The position numbers were made by a program, and so were the translations under genes. A DNA stretch of 34,706 nt from Spirochaetales bacterium (lineage in GTDB: Bacteria; Spirochaetota; Spirochaetia; Sphaerochaetales; Sphaerochaetaceae): contig JAGBRG010000016.1 of assembly GCA_017632495.1 (NCBI GenBank), positions 1 through 34,706 of the forward strand. Direction: 5' to 3'. This document shows, piece after piece, positions 1 through 8,867 of this stretch (positions within the stretch are counted from its first letter, which is position 1; the number at the start of each line of letters is the position of its first letter). Under the pieces are notes generated by a model. It had not been told where the DNA came from, searched no databases, and worked only from the letters and a program-made list of their open reading frames with translations.

Positions 1-507
1 AGAATCGGAAAGAACGGAAAGGTCTTCAAGATGTACAAGTTCCGCAGCATGTATCTTGATGCGGAAGAGCGCAAGGCAGAGCTTGAGAAGCAGAACAAGA
101 TCTCAAGCGGCCTGATGTTCAAAATCGACGATGACCCCAGAATCATCGGAAGCGAGAAGAAGGATAAGAACGGAAACCCGAAGGGAATCGGAAACTTCAT
201 CAGAAGAACCAGCCTTGACGAGTTCCCGCAGTTCTTCAACATCCTCAAGGGCGACATGAGCCTCATTGGAACAAGACCGCCCACGAAGGATGAATGGAAC
301 AAATACTCACTAAGCCACAGAATCAGAATGAGCACCCGTCCGGGCCTTACCGGAATGTGGCAGGTAAGCGGCAGAAGCAAAATCACCGATTTTGATGAGA
401 TTGTCGCATTGGACCGCTACTACATAGAGCATTGGTCTCTGAGCCTTGATGCCAGCATCCTGTTCAAGACAGCGGTTGTTCTTTTCAAGAGAGAGGGTGC
501 CGTCTGA
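1..507 (+). CDS. Initiating sugar-phosphate transferase (bacterial sugar transferase family, WbaP/CpsE/EpsL-like), C-terminal catalytic domain; 5' end lies outside the window
   Basis: Frame 1 is open from nt 1 (RIGKNGKVFKMYKFRSM...). DEFPQFFNILKGDMSLIGTRPP and GLTGMWQVSGRS are hallmark Bac_transf motifs. The stop at 505-507 overlaps the next ATG. Confidence 0.9.
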   Translation, partial: RIGKNGKVFKMYKFRSMYLDAEERKAELEKQNKISSGLMFKIDDDPRIIGSEKKDKNGNPKGIGNFIRRTSLDEFPQFFNILKGDMSLIGTRPPTKDEWNKYSLSHRIRMSTRPGLTGMWQVSGRSKITDFDEIVALDRYYIEHWSLSLDASILFKTAVVLFKREGAV

Positions 508-1697
508 TGAAGAAGGACCTCTCTACCAAAAAATCCCTCAGAATCGCGATAATCGGACATAAGCGCATTCCGTCCAATGAAGGCGGAATTGAAAAAGGTG
601 TCGAAGAGCATGCTGTAAGGATGGTGGCACTGGGCCACAGCGTAACCGTCTACAACCGCGGAAGCGACAACATCAACGGCAAGAAGTACAACCAGAAAAA
701 GCTTAAGGAATACAAGGGAGTGAAAATCGTCACAGTCCCTACCCCCAACGGAGGCTTCGGCGTCCTGATTTATTCTTTCCTTGCCACAATCCATGCCATA
801 TTCCAGCACTATGATGTCATAAGCTACAGAGCCTCAGGTCCCTGCGTGATGATAGGGCTTGCAAAGTTCTTCGGCCAGCGCTGCGTGGCATCGATTCACG
901 GCTTTGACAGCCAGCGTGACAAATGGGGCCACTTTGCCAAGTGGTACCTTGAAAAGGGCGAGCGCCTTGCCGTAAAGCGTGCCGATGCATGCCTTGTTCT
1001 TTCTCAGAACATGAAAAACTACGTGAATCAAAAGTACGGAAAGGACGTGTTGTGCTTTGCAAACGGAATCGTCAAGCCAGAGAAGAAAGCAGCAAACGAG
1101 ATTACGCAGAACTGGGGTCTTGTCAAAGACAGCTACATTCTCTCACTTGGCCGCGTCGAGCCGGAAAAGGGCCTTCATTATCTGATCGAGGCCTTCAGAG
1201 GCTGCAAGACAGACAAAAAGCTTGTCATAGCAGGCGGAGACAGCAACCACAGCTACTACAAAAAGCTCACCGATATGGCCCAGGGCGATGACAGAATCAT
1301 GTTCATCGGACAGGTCAAAGGAAATATCACTTCCGAGCTTTACAGCAATGCTTACATCTTCACCCTCCCCAGCAATCTCGAGGGCATGGCAAACACCCTT
1401 TTAGAGTCCATGTCATACGGATGCTGCGACCTTGTTAGCGACATTCCCGAAAATACCGAGGTCACAGGAAGCTATGCCGAGCAGTTCCCCAAAGGCGATG
1501 TAAAAACGTTGCAAAAGAAGCTTCAGAATCTTTTGGACAATCCTAAGATTGTAGACAACTACAGGTCAAAGTCCGCCGACTACATCACAAGCAAATACAG
1601 CTGGGACCTTGCGGTTGAGCAGATGATCCGCATCTATCGCGGAGAGATGGTAGAATACGATACCGTCTATAAAGAATCCCTCAAAGGTGCCGAATGA
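507..1697 (+). CDS. Glycosyltransferase, GT4/group-1 fold with a DUF1972-like N-terminus (WchF-type)
   Basis: 396-aa ORF. The N-terminus IAIIGHKRIPSNEGGIEKGVEEH resembles DUF1972-type GTs. An E-x7-E motif is present (EGMANTLLE). Start and stop overlap both neighbours (TGATG, ATGA). Confidence 0.85.
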   Translation: MKKDLSTKKSLRIAIIGHKRIPSNEGGIEKGVEEHAVRMVALGHSVTVYNRGSDNINGKKYNQKKLKEYKGVKIVTVPTPNGGFGVLIYSFLATIHAIFQHYDVISYRASGPCVMIGLAKFFGQRCVASIHGFDSQRDKWGHFAKWYLEKGERLAVKRADACLVLSQNMKNYVNQKYGKDVLCFANGIVKPEKKAANEITQNWGLVKDSYILSLGRVEPEKGLHYLIEAFRGCKTDKKLVIAGGDSNHSYYKKLTDMAQGDDRIMFIGQVKGNITSELYSNAYIFTLPSNLEGMANTLLESMSYGCCDLVSDIPENTEVTGSYAEQFPKGDVKTLQKKLQNLLDNPKIVDNYRSKSADYITSKYSWDLAVEQMIRIYRGEMVEYDTVYKESLKGAE

Positions 1698-2725
1698 AGA
1701 AGCTAGCTATCATCGGACAATACGGCACAGGACCTAAGTATCTCACAGGCCAGGCGGTCAAGACAGTCTTTATCACAGACTGGATGAAACGCCGCTACGG
1801 TGATGACCAGATAGTCATAGTCAACACGTACGGCTGGAAAAAGCATCCCTTTGCCCTAGTCTCTCACGTATTTAAGGCAATCAAGGGCTGCAATAACGTT
1901 ATGATCTTCCCCGCCCCTCACGGCGTAAAGATTTTCCCCGGCCTTGTTTCGGCCATTAACGGACTCTTTCACAGAAGGACATTCTTCATCGTAATCGGTG
2001 GCTGGCTTGCAGATTTTCTTAAAAAGCACAGCTACATAAGACGTGCCACCAAAAAGTTCTACGCAGTATGTGCCGAGACAGAAAGCCTTGTACGCGATCT
2101 TGAGGGCATCGGCCTTGAAAATGCCTGGTATCTTCCCAACTGCCGTGATTATGTGGACCTTGACGGCAAGAAGGATATGACAGAGCCCCTTCACGTATGC
2201 ACATATTCCAGGGTCACCGAGTCCAAGGGAATAGCCGATGCGGCCAATGTTGTAAAGAAGGCCAATGCAGTTCTGAAAAAGAAGGCTTTCTTTCTTGATG
2301 TCTTCGGAGCTGTGGACCCATCTTACAAGGAAAGCTTTGAAAGGCTCTGCAATGAAAACAGAGATGTGATGAAGTATGAAGGCACACGTAACGCCGATGA
2401 GACGCTGGAAACATTAGAAAAGCAGTTCGCCCTTCTCTTTCCCACATACTACGAAGGCGAATGTTTTGCAGGCACGGTTCTTGATGCGTTTTTGTCGCGC
2501 ACACCCATAATCGCAAACGACTGGAAGTTCAATTCAGAAGTGATACGTAACAAAGAAGACGGTTTTCTGTACAAGTTCAGAGATACCGACGAGGCGGCAA
2601 GCCTCCTTGTCTCGCTTTACAAGTATCCCGATTTGTATAAGAAAATCCAGCAAGGCTGCGCAGAAAGCGCTGTCAGATTCAGTTCGGACAGTGTTCTCTC
2701 CACTCTTGCTGATAGGATGAAATAG
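1694..2725 (+). CDS. Glycosyltransferase-like protein (GT-B fold, GT4-related), paralogue A
   Basis: 343-aa ORF. C-terminal LFPTYYEGECFAGTVLDAFLSRTPIIANDW is a GT4-like E-x7-(E/D) region. It is clearly homologous to the next ORF. Confidence 0.7.
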   Translation: MKKLAIIGQYGTGPKYLTGQAVKTVFITDWMKRRYGDDQIVIVNTYGWKKHPFALVSHVFKAIKGCNNVMIFPAPHGVKIFPGLVSAINGLFHRRTFFIVIGGWLADFLKKHSYIRRATKKFYAVCAETESLVRDLEGIGLENAWYLPNCRDYVDLDGKKDMTEPLHVCTYSRVTESKGIADAANVVKKANAVLKKKAFFLDVFGAVDPSYKESFERLCNENRDVMKYEGTRNADETLETLEKQFALLFPTYYEGECFAGTVLDAFLSRTPIIANDWKFNSEVIRNKEDGFLYKFRDTDEAASLLVSLYKYPDLYKKIQQGCAESAVRFSSDSVLSTLADRMK

Positions 2726-2734
2726 GAAAAGATT

Positions 2735-3775
2735 GTGAAGGATAAGAAGAAACTAGGAATCATAGGCGTTGCCGGAAGCGGAGCTCGCTTTGCCACAGGT
2801 CAGGCCGTAAAGATCAGAACTCTCAGAAAGTGGTTCTCCGACAGATACGGAGAGGATCAGGTTCTCTTTGCCAACATAGACAGTGCAAAAAAACATCCTT
2901 TCAGAGTTCTTTCAAACATCAAAAGAGCCCTGAGAGAGTGTGAGAACGTTCTTTTCATGCCCGGTCAGAACATAGAGATCTTTGCTCCCGTGACAGAGAT
3001 CCTAAACAGGCATTACAAGGCAAAGATTCAGTACATAGTCACAGGAGGAGATCTTGCCGAAGTCTTAAAGAGAAGACCTACTCTGACAAAATACATCGCA
3101 GCCTTTGACGGAACACACGTTCAGTCAATAAAGCTTGCCAAGGAACTTCAGGATCTGGGAGTAAAGAAAGCTCAGTACCTTCCCAACTGCCGTGACTATG
3201 TTCCTGCTGTAGTTTTTGACCACTGGAAGGAAAAGCCAGTCAGAGTCTGCACCTACTCCCGCGTGACAAAGGACAAGGGAATTCTGGATGCCATTGAGAT
3301 TGTGAAGAAGGCAAACGCTCTTTGCAAACAGGATCTGTTTACCCTGGAAATCTACGGAAAGATGTACGATGACTTCAAAGAAGAGCTGGACAAGGCTCTG
3401 AAGGAAGCAAACGGCATTGCAAAGTACATGGGAGCCAGAGAATCCAGTCAGACGGTCGAAACTCTCAGAAGCTGTTTTGCAATTCTGTTTCCCACATATT
3501 TTGAGTGCGAATGCTTTGCAGGAACGGCTTTGGATGCCTTCAGCGCCAGAATCCCGATCATCGCAAATGACTGGCTTTATAACAGCGAAGTCATAAACAG
3601 CGGCAAGAACGGATTCATCTATCCGTTCAGGGACAATGACAAGGCAGCCGAAATTTTATGTGAACTTTACACGAATAAGGATTTATATAAAAATATACAG
3701 ATGGGGTGCGAGGAGAGTATGTCACGTTTTTCTACGGACGTTGTAATGGAAAAGTTCAACGCCCTGATCAAGTGA
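2735..3775 (+). CDS. Glycosyltransferase-like protein (GT-B fold, GT4-related), paralogue B; GTG start
   Basis: 346-aa ORF sharing YLPNCRDYV, VCTYSRVT, VKKANA and LFPTYFECECFAGTALDAF..PIIANDW blocks with ORF 1694-2725. Confidence 0.7.
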   Translation: MKDKKKLGIIGVAGSGARFATGQAVKIRTLRKWFSDRYGEDQVLFANIDSAKKHPFRVLSNIKRALRECENVLFMPGQNIEIFAPVTEILNRHYKAKIQYIVTGGDLAEVLKRRPTLTKYIAAFDGTHVQSIKLAKELQDLGVKKAQYLPNCRDYVPAVVFDHWKEKPVRVCTYSRVTKDKGILDAIEIVKKANALCKQDLFTLEIYGKMYDDFKEELDKALKEANGIAKYMGARESSQTVETLRSCFAILFPTYFECECFAGTALDAFSARIPIIANDWLYNSEVINSGKNGFIYPFRDNDKAAEILCELYTNKDLYKNIQMGCEESMSRFSTDVVMEKFNALIK

Positions 3776-3789
3776 CATTGGAGAAGCAT

Positions 3790-4377
3790 ATGATAGAAAG
3801 CAGGAAAGACCTGAAGGAATATCTGAAGCAGGACAAGATTGCTCTTTGGTGCAAGGGTAAAAAACGCCCTTCCCGTTTCGGCGATGAAGTCTGGCGTTTT
3901 CAGATTCTTCTGCGTAAAACCGAATATCATATCAACTGCTCAAAGACTCCCGCAGGCAGAATCATAGCTTTGATTTATAAGGCCAGATTTTTGAAAAAGA
4001 GCGTGAGGCTCGGATTCGGAATTCCGCTGAATGTATTCGGCCCGGGCCTTTCAATAGCTCATTACGGTGCACTGATTGTCAATTCAAAGGCAAGAATAGG
4101 CAAAAACTGCAGGATTCATGCCATGGTTGTAATCGGTGCAACAGACGGAAACCCCAAGGCACCGGTCATCGGTGACAACGTCTATATCGGTGCAGGGGCA
4201 AAGATAATCGGAGATATCAGCATTGCCGATAATGTCGCAATAGGCGCGAATGCTGTTGTCGTAAAATCGATTGATGAGCCTGGAACCACCTGGGCAGGGG
4301 TTCCGGCGAAAAAGATAAGTGATAAAGGCTCTTTCAAAGGTCTTTGTCCTGACATCTTCACTGATGAGGAGAAGTGA
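3790..4377 (+). CDS. Hexapeptide-repeat O-acetyltransferase (serine acetyltransferase/WcaB-like, left-handed beta-helix)
   Basis: Hexapeptide repeats IGKNCRIHAMVVIGA...VIGDNVYIGAGAKIIGDISIADNVAIGANAVV are present. ATG 3790 has GGAGAAG 6 nt upstream. The longer 3706 start would overlap the preceding gene by 70 nt. Confidence 0.8.
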   Translation: MIESRKDLKEYLKQDKIALWCKGKKRPSRFGDEVWRFQILLRKTEYHINCSKTPAGRIIALIYKARFLKKSVRLGFGIPLNVFGPGLSIAHYGALIVNSKARIGKNCRIHAMVVIGATDGNPKAPVIGDNVYIGAGAKIIGDISIADNVAIGANAVVVKSIDEPGTTWAGVPAKKISDKGSFKGLCPDIFTDEEK

Positions 4378-4382
4378 AAAGT

Positions 4383-5687
4383 ATGGCCTCTAAAAACAGA
4401 AATCAAGATGATGGAAAGAAGCTCACTTACGTCATCCTGGAGATATGGAAACATAAGCTCTGGATTTTTTTCCTTATGTTTGTGGCTTTTGCAGCATTCG
4501 CAGTCCATAGCGGCCTTCATGCCGAGGACTCTGTAAGCGCAAGGCTTGTCTTGCGGTATGAGCACGCCTATGAAGGCCTGAATCCGAACGGTTCAAGGTT
4601 CAACATCAACGAACTTTCGGGCGATGAGGTCCTTTCAAAGTCAATCTCTCTTGCAGGCCTTGAAGGCGAGCTGAGCCTGGATCAGCTGAAGAAAAGCCTT
4701 TCTGTGACATCATCAGGTTCCCAGGAACCCAAGAAGATGTATATTGCCACAGAGTACTCTATCTCTCTGACAAACAAATACCTTCCCAAAAGAATCAGTG
4801 CAAGGTCAATGCTGGGAATAATTCTTCAGACTTACAAGAATTACTTCTTGGATCACTATGGAAAGAACGATGGTGTTCTTGATATTGACTGGTCAGAGAC
4901 AGAGGCTTGGGAGTATGTGGAGTTCGCCAACATCATGGAAGTCAAGATTGACAACATCATCACCTATCTTGAGACCATGCAGACAGAAAGCGGAACATAC
5001 AACTACCAGACAGAGGGAGAAACATTCCGTTCTCTCGCAGATTCCGTAGTATCGTTCAGAGACATCTATCTGAACAAATACACAGCATATGTTACAAACA
5101 ACAACCTCTTCCGCAATCCTGAAAGATACAGAGACAAACTTATTTACAGACGTTTCTTGATAAGCCAGGCGGCACAAGGAGCCGAGGCACGCTACAAAAT
5201 CCGACAGGATGCTCTGACAATGTATGACAAGGCAATGATCACATTCGTCATGATTCCGGTCTATGACAAGACAAACGGTCTTCAGATGACCAGAACCGGC
5301 ACAGGAATGGATGATCTTACAGTCTCTTCAATGGATTTTGCCAAAATCCTTGAGTCCAATACCGAAGAACTCAAGCTTATCGACAAGGCTATTGAAAGAA
5401 CCTATGCAGCTGAAACAGACATCCAGAAGTACATCACAGCAAATACGATGATCAGCGAAATGAAACAGAACGTAAACTCGCTCATTCAGAGAATCGGTAA
5501 GGTTCTTCATGATTATGAAGAATCAAGCTTCAAGAACTCTATTTACTTCAATATCGCAGAAGACAGCATCTCGTCCGCTTACAGAATCAAGGCTTCAGCC
5601 CTGGTTGCTCTGCTTGCCGGACTTGTTGCATCCGCATGGTATGGCGTTGCTGCCACTGTCTTCAGAAAGGAGGAAGAGAAGGTATGA
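4383..5687 (+). CDS. Polysaccharide co-polymerase (Wzz/PCP)-like membrane protein, two TM segments flanking a large outside loop
   Basis: N-terminal TM (LWIFFLMFVAFAAFAV) and C-terminal TM (ALVALLAGLVASAWYGVAATV) bracket about 360 aa of charged, helical-looking sequence, which is PCP topology. ATG 4383 is preferred over GTG 4374, which sits only 2 nt after GAGGAG. No sequence-family hit was verified. Confidence 0.55.
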   Translation: MASKNRNQDDGKKLTYVILEIWKHKLWIFFLMFVAFAAFAVHSGLHAEDSVSARLVLRYEHAYEGLNPNGSRFNINELSGDEVLSKSISLAGLEGELSLDQLKKSLSVTSSGSQEPKKMYIATEYSISLTNKYLPKRISARSMLGIILQTYKNYFLDHYGKNDGVLDIDWSETEAWEYVEFANIMEVKIDNIITYLETMQTESGTYNYQTEGETFRSLADSVVSFRDIYLNKYTAYVTNNNLFRNPERYRDKLIYRRFLISQAAQGAEARYKIRQDALTMYDKAMITFVMIPVYDKTNGLQMTRTGTGMDDLTVSSMDFAKILESNTEELKLIDKAIERTYAAETDIQKYITANTMISEMKQNVNSLIQRIGKVLHDYEESSFKNSIYFNIAEDSISSAYRIKASALVALLAGLVASAWYGVAATVFRKEEEKV

Positions 5688-7570
5688 TGAGAGAATTCCA
5701 ACTTTCACGTTATATCCGTAAGTGGTGGTGGCTGATTGCAGTTCTTTCCATCCTGAGCGGAGTAATCTTCTTCTACATTGTCTCCTCGAATCAGACCTAT
5801 AAGGCATCCATGATGATTGAGTTCACCAATACCGATGCGAAAAAGGGCCTTTATCCGTCGGGCAATGCGATTGATGTTGAAGAAATCAAGTCCTCTGCGG
5901 TCATTTGGAACGCACTTGACAGTCTGGGAAGAAGTGACAGTGTCGACTCCGTCAGAAGAAGAACAAGTGTCTCTGCCGTCATCTCTGACGAGGATTCGGC
6001 AAGACAGGCAGCTCAGTGGGCAAAAGGAAACAGCTATGACTTCTTCCCCACACGCTACATTGTCTCATATGAATCAGCAAAAAATGAGTCAGCCTCAAGC
6101 GCCCGTCAGGTTGTGGAAGCAATTGTTGACAGCTTCATAAAGCTGTTCTCGACAAAATACATGGCCGTTTCTCAGGTTCCGAACAGCGTCGAATCTCTTC
6201 AGAATCTGAACTACGATTACATTGAGTGGGCTGAGGTCATAGACGGCTTTATCACGTCGGATATCAATTATCTTAAACAGATCATTGATTCTGGTATCAC
6301 TTTCAGATCCTCAGCCTCAGGCTACAGTTTCCAAGACCTGTATAACGAATACAACCTGCTTTACTCTGTCTACCTACCTTCTTTATACTCTACTATTCTT
6401 GAGAATCATGTCACATCCGACTCTGAACTTCTGATTTCACGCTACCAATATCGAAAGAATCAGAACAACCTTGCAATTCAAAACTACAAGGAAGCTCTTG
6501 CGGTTGTTGAGTCAATGCTTAAGAACTACGAGAAGAAGAACGAAGAGACCATGCTCTATCATTGGGGCAGCGATACAACAGATACCGGATTTTTGCAGTC
6601 TTCAGGAAACAACTATGTCGTAAGATCCGTTCTAAATACTGATGAAGAGGCTACGGCGCAAAAGGAAAGTGTAAACACCTACGACAATGTTCTGAACCGC
6701 TATGTCACTCTCAGAGCGGAAATTGAACAGAAAGAAGCAGACAATGAGTACTGCGACTACGTATTCTCTGCTTTCACAACGACAGATCCTAAAGTCAAGC
6801 TGACTGTGGATAACAGCCATATCCTTCAGGTAGAAGAACTGATCTCGTTCATCGAAGGAAAACTCAGAGCACTGGACAAGCTTATGAGCATGACCGCTTC
6901 TGAGAACATCCAGATTGAGGCAATGAAGAGCATCAAGGTTCGCTCCACTGTCTTTGTGAAGGAGACTGTAAACGTCAAGCTCTACACAGTCCTGATTGTC
7001 ATAGTGTTCTTCATCTTCGGCGTCCTTATTGCTGTTGTCCTTGGAAGAAGCCTTGACTTTGTCGAATATCACTTCTATACAGACCCGGCTACAAACCTGC
7101 CTAACCGCATGAAGTGTGATGAAGAAATCAAGAAGTACGGAAACAAGATGCTTCCTGTCCCATTCACAGTCATTGTCATTTCCCTGACAAACATGAACGA
7201 CATAAATGCTGTTGTCGGACGAGATGCCGGAAACGAAGTTCTGCGAGTCTTTGCAACCCATATTCAGGACAGCGCAGAGCAGTTCGGTTTTGTCGGATAT
7301 AACGGAAGCCTCACATTCATCGGTCTGTTCCCGAGCTGTGATGTGGCAAGGTCCACATTCTTCAAGAATGTTCTGATGAGATCTGTTGCAGACTTCAACC
7401 GCGGTGAACACGGAGTTGTGATCAGATACAAGATTGCAACCTCAACTGCCACGGAAAACAGCCCCAGAACAATCAGAGAGCTTGTCTCAATGGCAATGTC
7501 TCAGCTGAGAATCGAGAACGTGGTTGTTGCCGAAGAAGGAAGTGCTCCTACCATAATCGACGGAGAGTAA
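5684..7570 (+). CDS. Wzz/PCP-like co-polymerase fused to a C-terminal degenerate (inactive) GGDEF domain
   Basis: ATG 5684 overlaps the upstream stop as ATGA, with AAGGAGGAAGAGAAGG upstream. TM1 is WWWLIAVLSILSGVIFFYIV followed by NQTYKASMMIEF (Wzz-like start). TM2 lies at nt 6980-7054. The tail carries DPATNLPNR, ISLTNMNDINAVVGRDAGNEVL and GYNGSLTFIGLF, a GGDEF scaffold with mutated catalytic residues. Confidence 0.7.
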   Translation: MMREFQLSRYIRKWWWLIAVLSILSGVIFFYIVSSNQTYKASMMIEFTNTDAKKGLYPSGNAIDVEEIKSSAVIWNALDSLGRSDSVDSVRRRTSVSAVISDEDSARQAAQWAKGNSYDFFPTRYIVSYESAKNESASSARQVVEAIVDSFIKLFSTKYMAVSQVPNSVESLQNLNYDYIEWAEVIDGFITSDINYLKQIIDSGITFRSSASGYSFQDLYNEYNLLYSVYLPSLYSTILENHVTSDSELLISRYQYRKNQNNLAIQNYKEALAVVESMLKNYEKKNEETMLYHWGSDTTDTGFLQSSGNNYVVRSVLNTDEEATAQKESVNTYDNVLNRYVTLRAEIEQKEADNEYCDYVFSAFTTTDPKVKLTVDNSHILQVEELISFIEGKLRALDKLMSMTASENIQIEAMKSIKVRSTVFVKETVNVKLYTVLIVIVFFIFGVLIAVVLGRSLDFVEYHFYTDPATNLPNRMKCDEEIKKYGNKMLPVPFTVIVISLTNMNDINAVVGRDAGNEVLRVFATHIQDSAEQFGFVGYNGSLTFIGLFPSCDVARSTFFKNVLMRSVADFNRGEHGVVIRYKIATSTATENSPRTIRELVSMAMSQLRIENVVVAEEGSAPTIIDGE

Positions 7571-7571
7571 G

Positions 7572-8867
7572 ATGGCTCCATCAGCAAACAACAGGTATGC
7601 AAACCCGGTTGTCGGGTTTATGTACGCCAGTTTAATCGCAGTCTCAAACCTTCAAGGGTATTTTCATCTTGTTGAGATACCCTGGTTTGTCACGCAGTTT
7701 GCTTATGGTGCAATCATAGTTTTAGGTCTTGCCTGGTTATTCGTCAGCGGAAACACATCAAGGCTGAATACTTCGGTAAACGTCATGGCCTTCCAGATGA
7801 TTCCGAACATAATCGTTGTTGTCTGGTCCATTTCACTATGGGTTTGGCAGAGAGAAACTCTGGCATCAATTCTCAGAGGTTCATCTCTTGCCCTCTATCA
7901 GCTTCTGCTTCTTTCCATGTTGATTTTCGCAGGAGCGATGTTCGGGAAAAAGGCAATAGAGTACACCGCCTTAGGCTTCATTATTGCCAACACTCTGATC
8001 CTACTTGATGTCATGAGACGATTCGGAGTGGTGACAACTATAGTGGAATTCACAAGATTCCTCTTGTCTGCAGGTTCTGCTGATAATGTCATTTCTACAA
8101 AACTGGAAGTTCAAGACCTGACCTTCGGAATCGGAATCCTTCTGGCCTATTACATAGCAGCCGGAAAGGATGAACACTGGCGCAAGTTCTATATCCTGGC
8201 TTTGGGTTTCTACTTTGTGACAGGTCTTAAGAGAATCCTGTTGCCTGCTGTGGCCGTAGGAATCATCTATATCGTTGTCGCCAAGCTCTTCAGCAAAAGA
8301 AATCAGATCAACTACACAGTTGCCATAGGTGCCGTGTTGATTGTCTTAAGCCTCACCATAGTCATTCTCATCAAAACAGAGATTTGGTTTGAGATTACGG
8401 ATTATTTCGGTTTGAACCTGATGGGAAGAAAACGCCTGTACGGTCATGTGCAACCATACTACTCTGTCAGCCCGACATATATGGGACTGGGATTTGGAAG
8501 GGTATCCAAGATTCTGGAAGTGGTTGAAAAAACCGGAAACAGGCGTCTTCATTGTGATGCCCTGCGTCTATATATTGAGCTTGGAATGCCGATGTTCCTT
8601 CTGTGGTGTCTTGTGACATATATCCTAACCTACACCTTTTTTGAAAAAACCTATTCACTCAGAGCCGCGAGAATCTATTTTGGAATCGCGCTTCTAATGT
8701 TTGTTACATTCATGACAGATAATACAATTGAGAAATACTGCCCGCAGATTGCTTGGCATGTATTACCTTTGGCAATAGTCCTTGCTGACAAGGAAGCTTT
8801 TGCCGAATCACTTGTTCGTAAGATAATCCCGGATTCGGAGAGGAGATCCACATGGGCGAAGAAATAA
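7572..8867 (+). CDS. Wzy-like polysaccharide polymerase / O-antigen ligase family membrane protein
   Basis: 431 aa with about 10-12 hydrophobic segments. RLHCDALRLYIELGMPMF resembles the Wzy_C H-x..L..ElG motif. It is the only polymerase candidate in the locus. RBS GGAGAG precedes the ATG. Confidence 0.6.
   Translation: MAPSANNRYANPVVGFMYASLIAVSNLQGYFHLVEIPWFVTQFAYGAIIVLGLAWLFVSGNTSRLNTSVNVMAFQMIPNIIVVVWSISLWVWQRETLASILRGSSLALYQLLLLSMLIFAGAMFGKKAIEYTALGFIIANTLILLDVMRRFGVVTTIVEFTRFLLSAGSADNVISTKLEVQDLTFGIGILLAYYIAAGKDEHWRKFYILALGFYFVTGLKRILLPAVAVGIIYIVVAKLFSKRNQINYTVAIGAVLIVLSLTIVILIKTEIWFEITDYFGLNLMGRKRLYGHVQPYYSVSPTYMGLGFGRVSKILEVVEKTGNRRLHCDALRLYIELGMPMFLLWCLVTYILTYTFFEKTYSLRAARIYFGIALLMFVTFMTDNTIEKYCPQIAWHVLPLAIVLADKEAFAESLVRKIIPDSERRSTWAKK

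Noticed and set aside
3706-3789. Upstream start extensions offered by the ORF track: 3706 for the acetyltransferase, 5636 for the PCP::GGDEF gene, 23912 for the flavoprotein and 4374 (GTG) for PCP-like 1.
   Set aside because: The extensions overlap the preceding genes, lack SD sequences and add non-homologous residues. The internal ATGs at 3790, 5684, 24155 and 4383 have proper SD spacing and give family-typical N-termini.
7250-7300. Canonical RxxD inhibitory/I-site upstream of the degenerate GGDEF motif, which would directly support c-di-GMP binding.
   Set aside because: The residues preceding NGSLTF read IQDSAEQFGFVGY and no RxxD is present. c-di-GMP binding by the known I-site mode is therefore not supported by the sequence and remains speculative.
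6632-7411. 259-aa minus-strand ORF antisense to the PCP::GGDEF gene. Similar antisense ORFs lie at 8879-9451 and 10482-11048.
   Set aside because: These ORFs lie entirely inside plus-strand genes that have clear family motifs. Their translations are Cys/His/Ser-rich with no recognisable domain, no SD, and no place in the operon structure. They are typical shadow ORFs.
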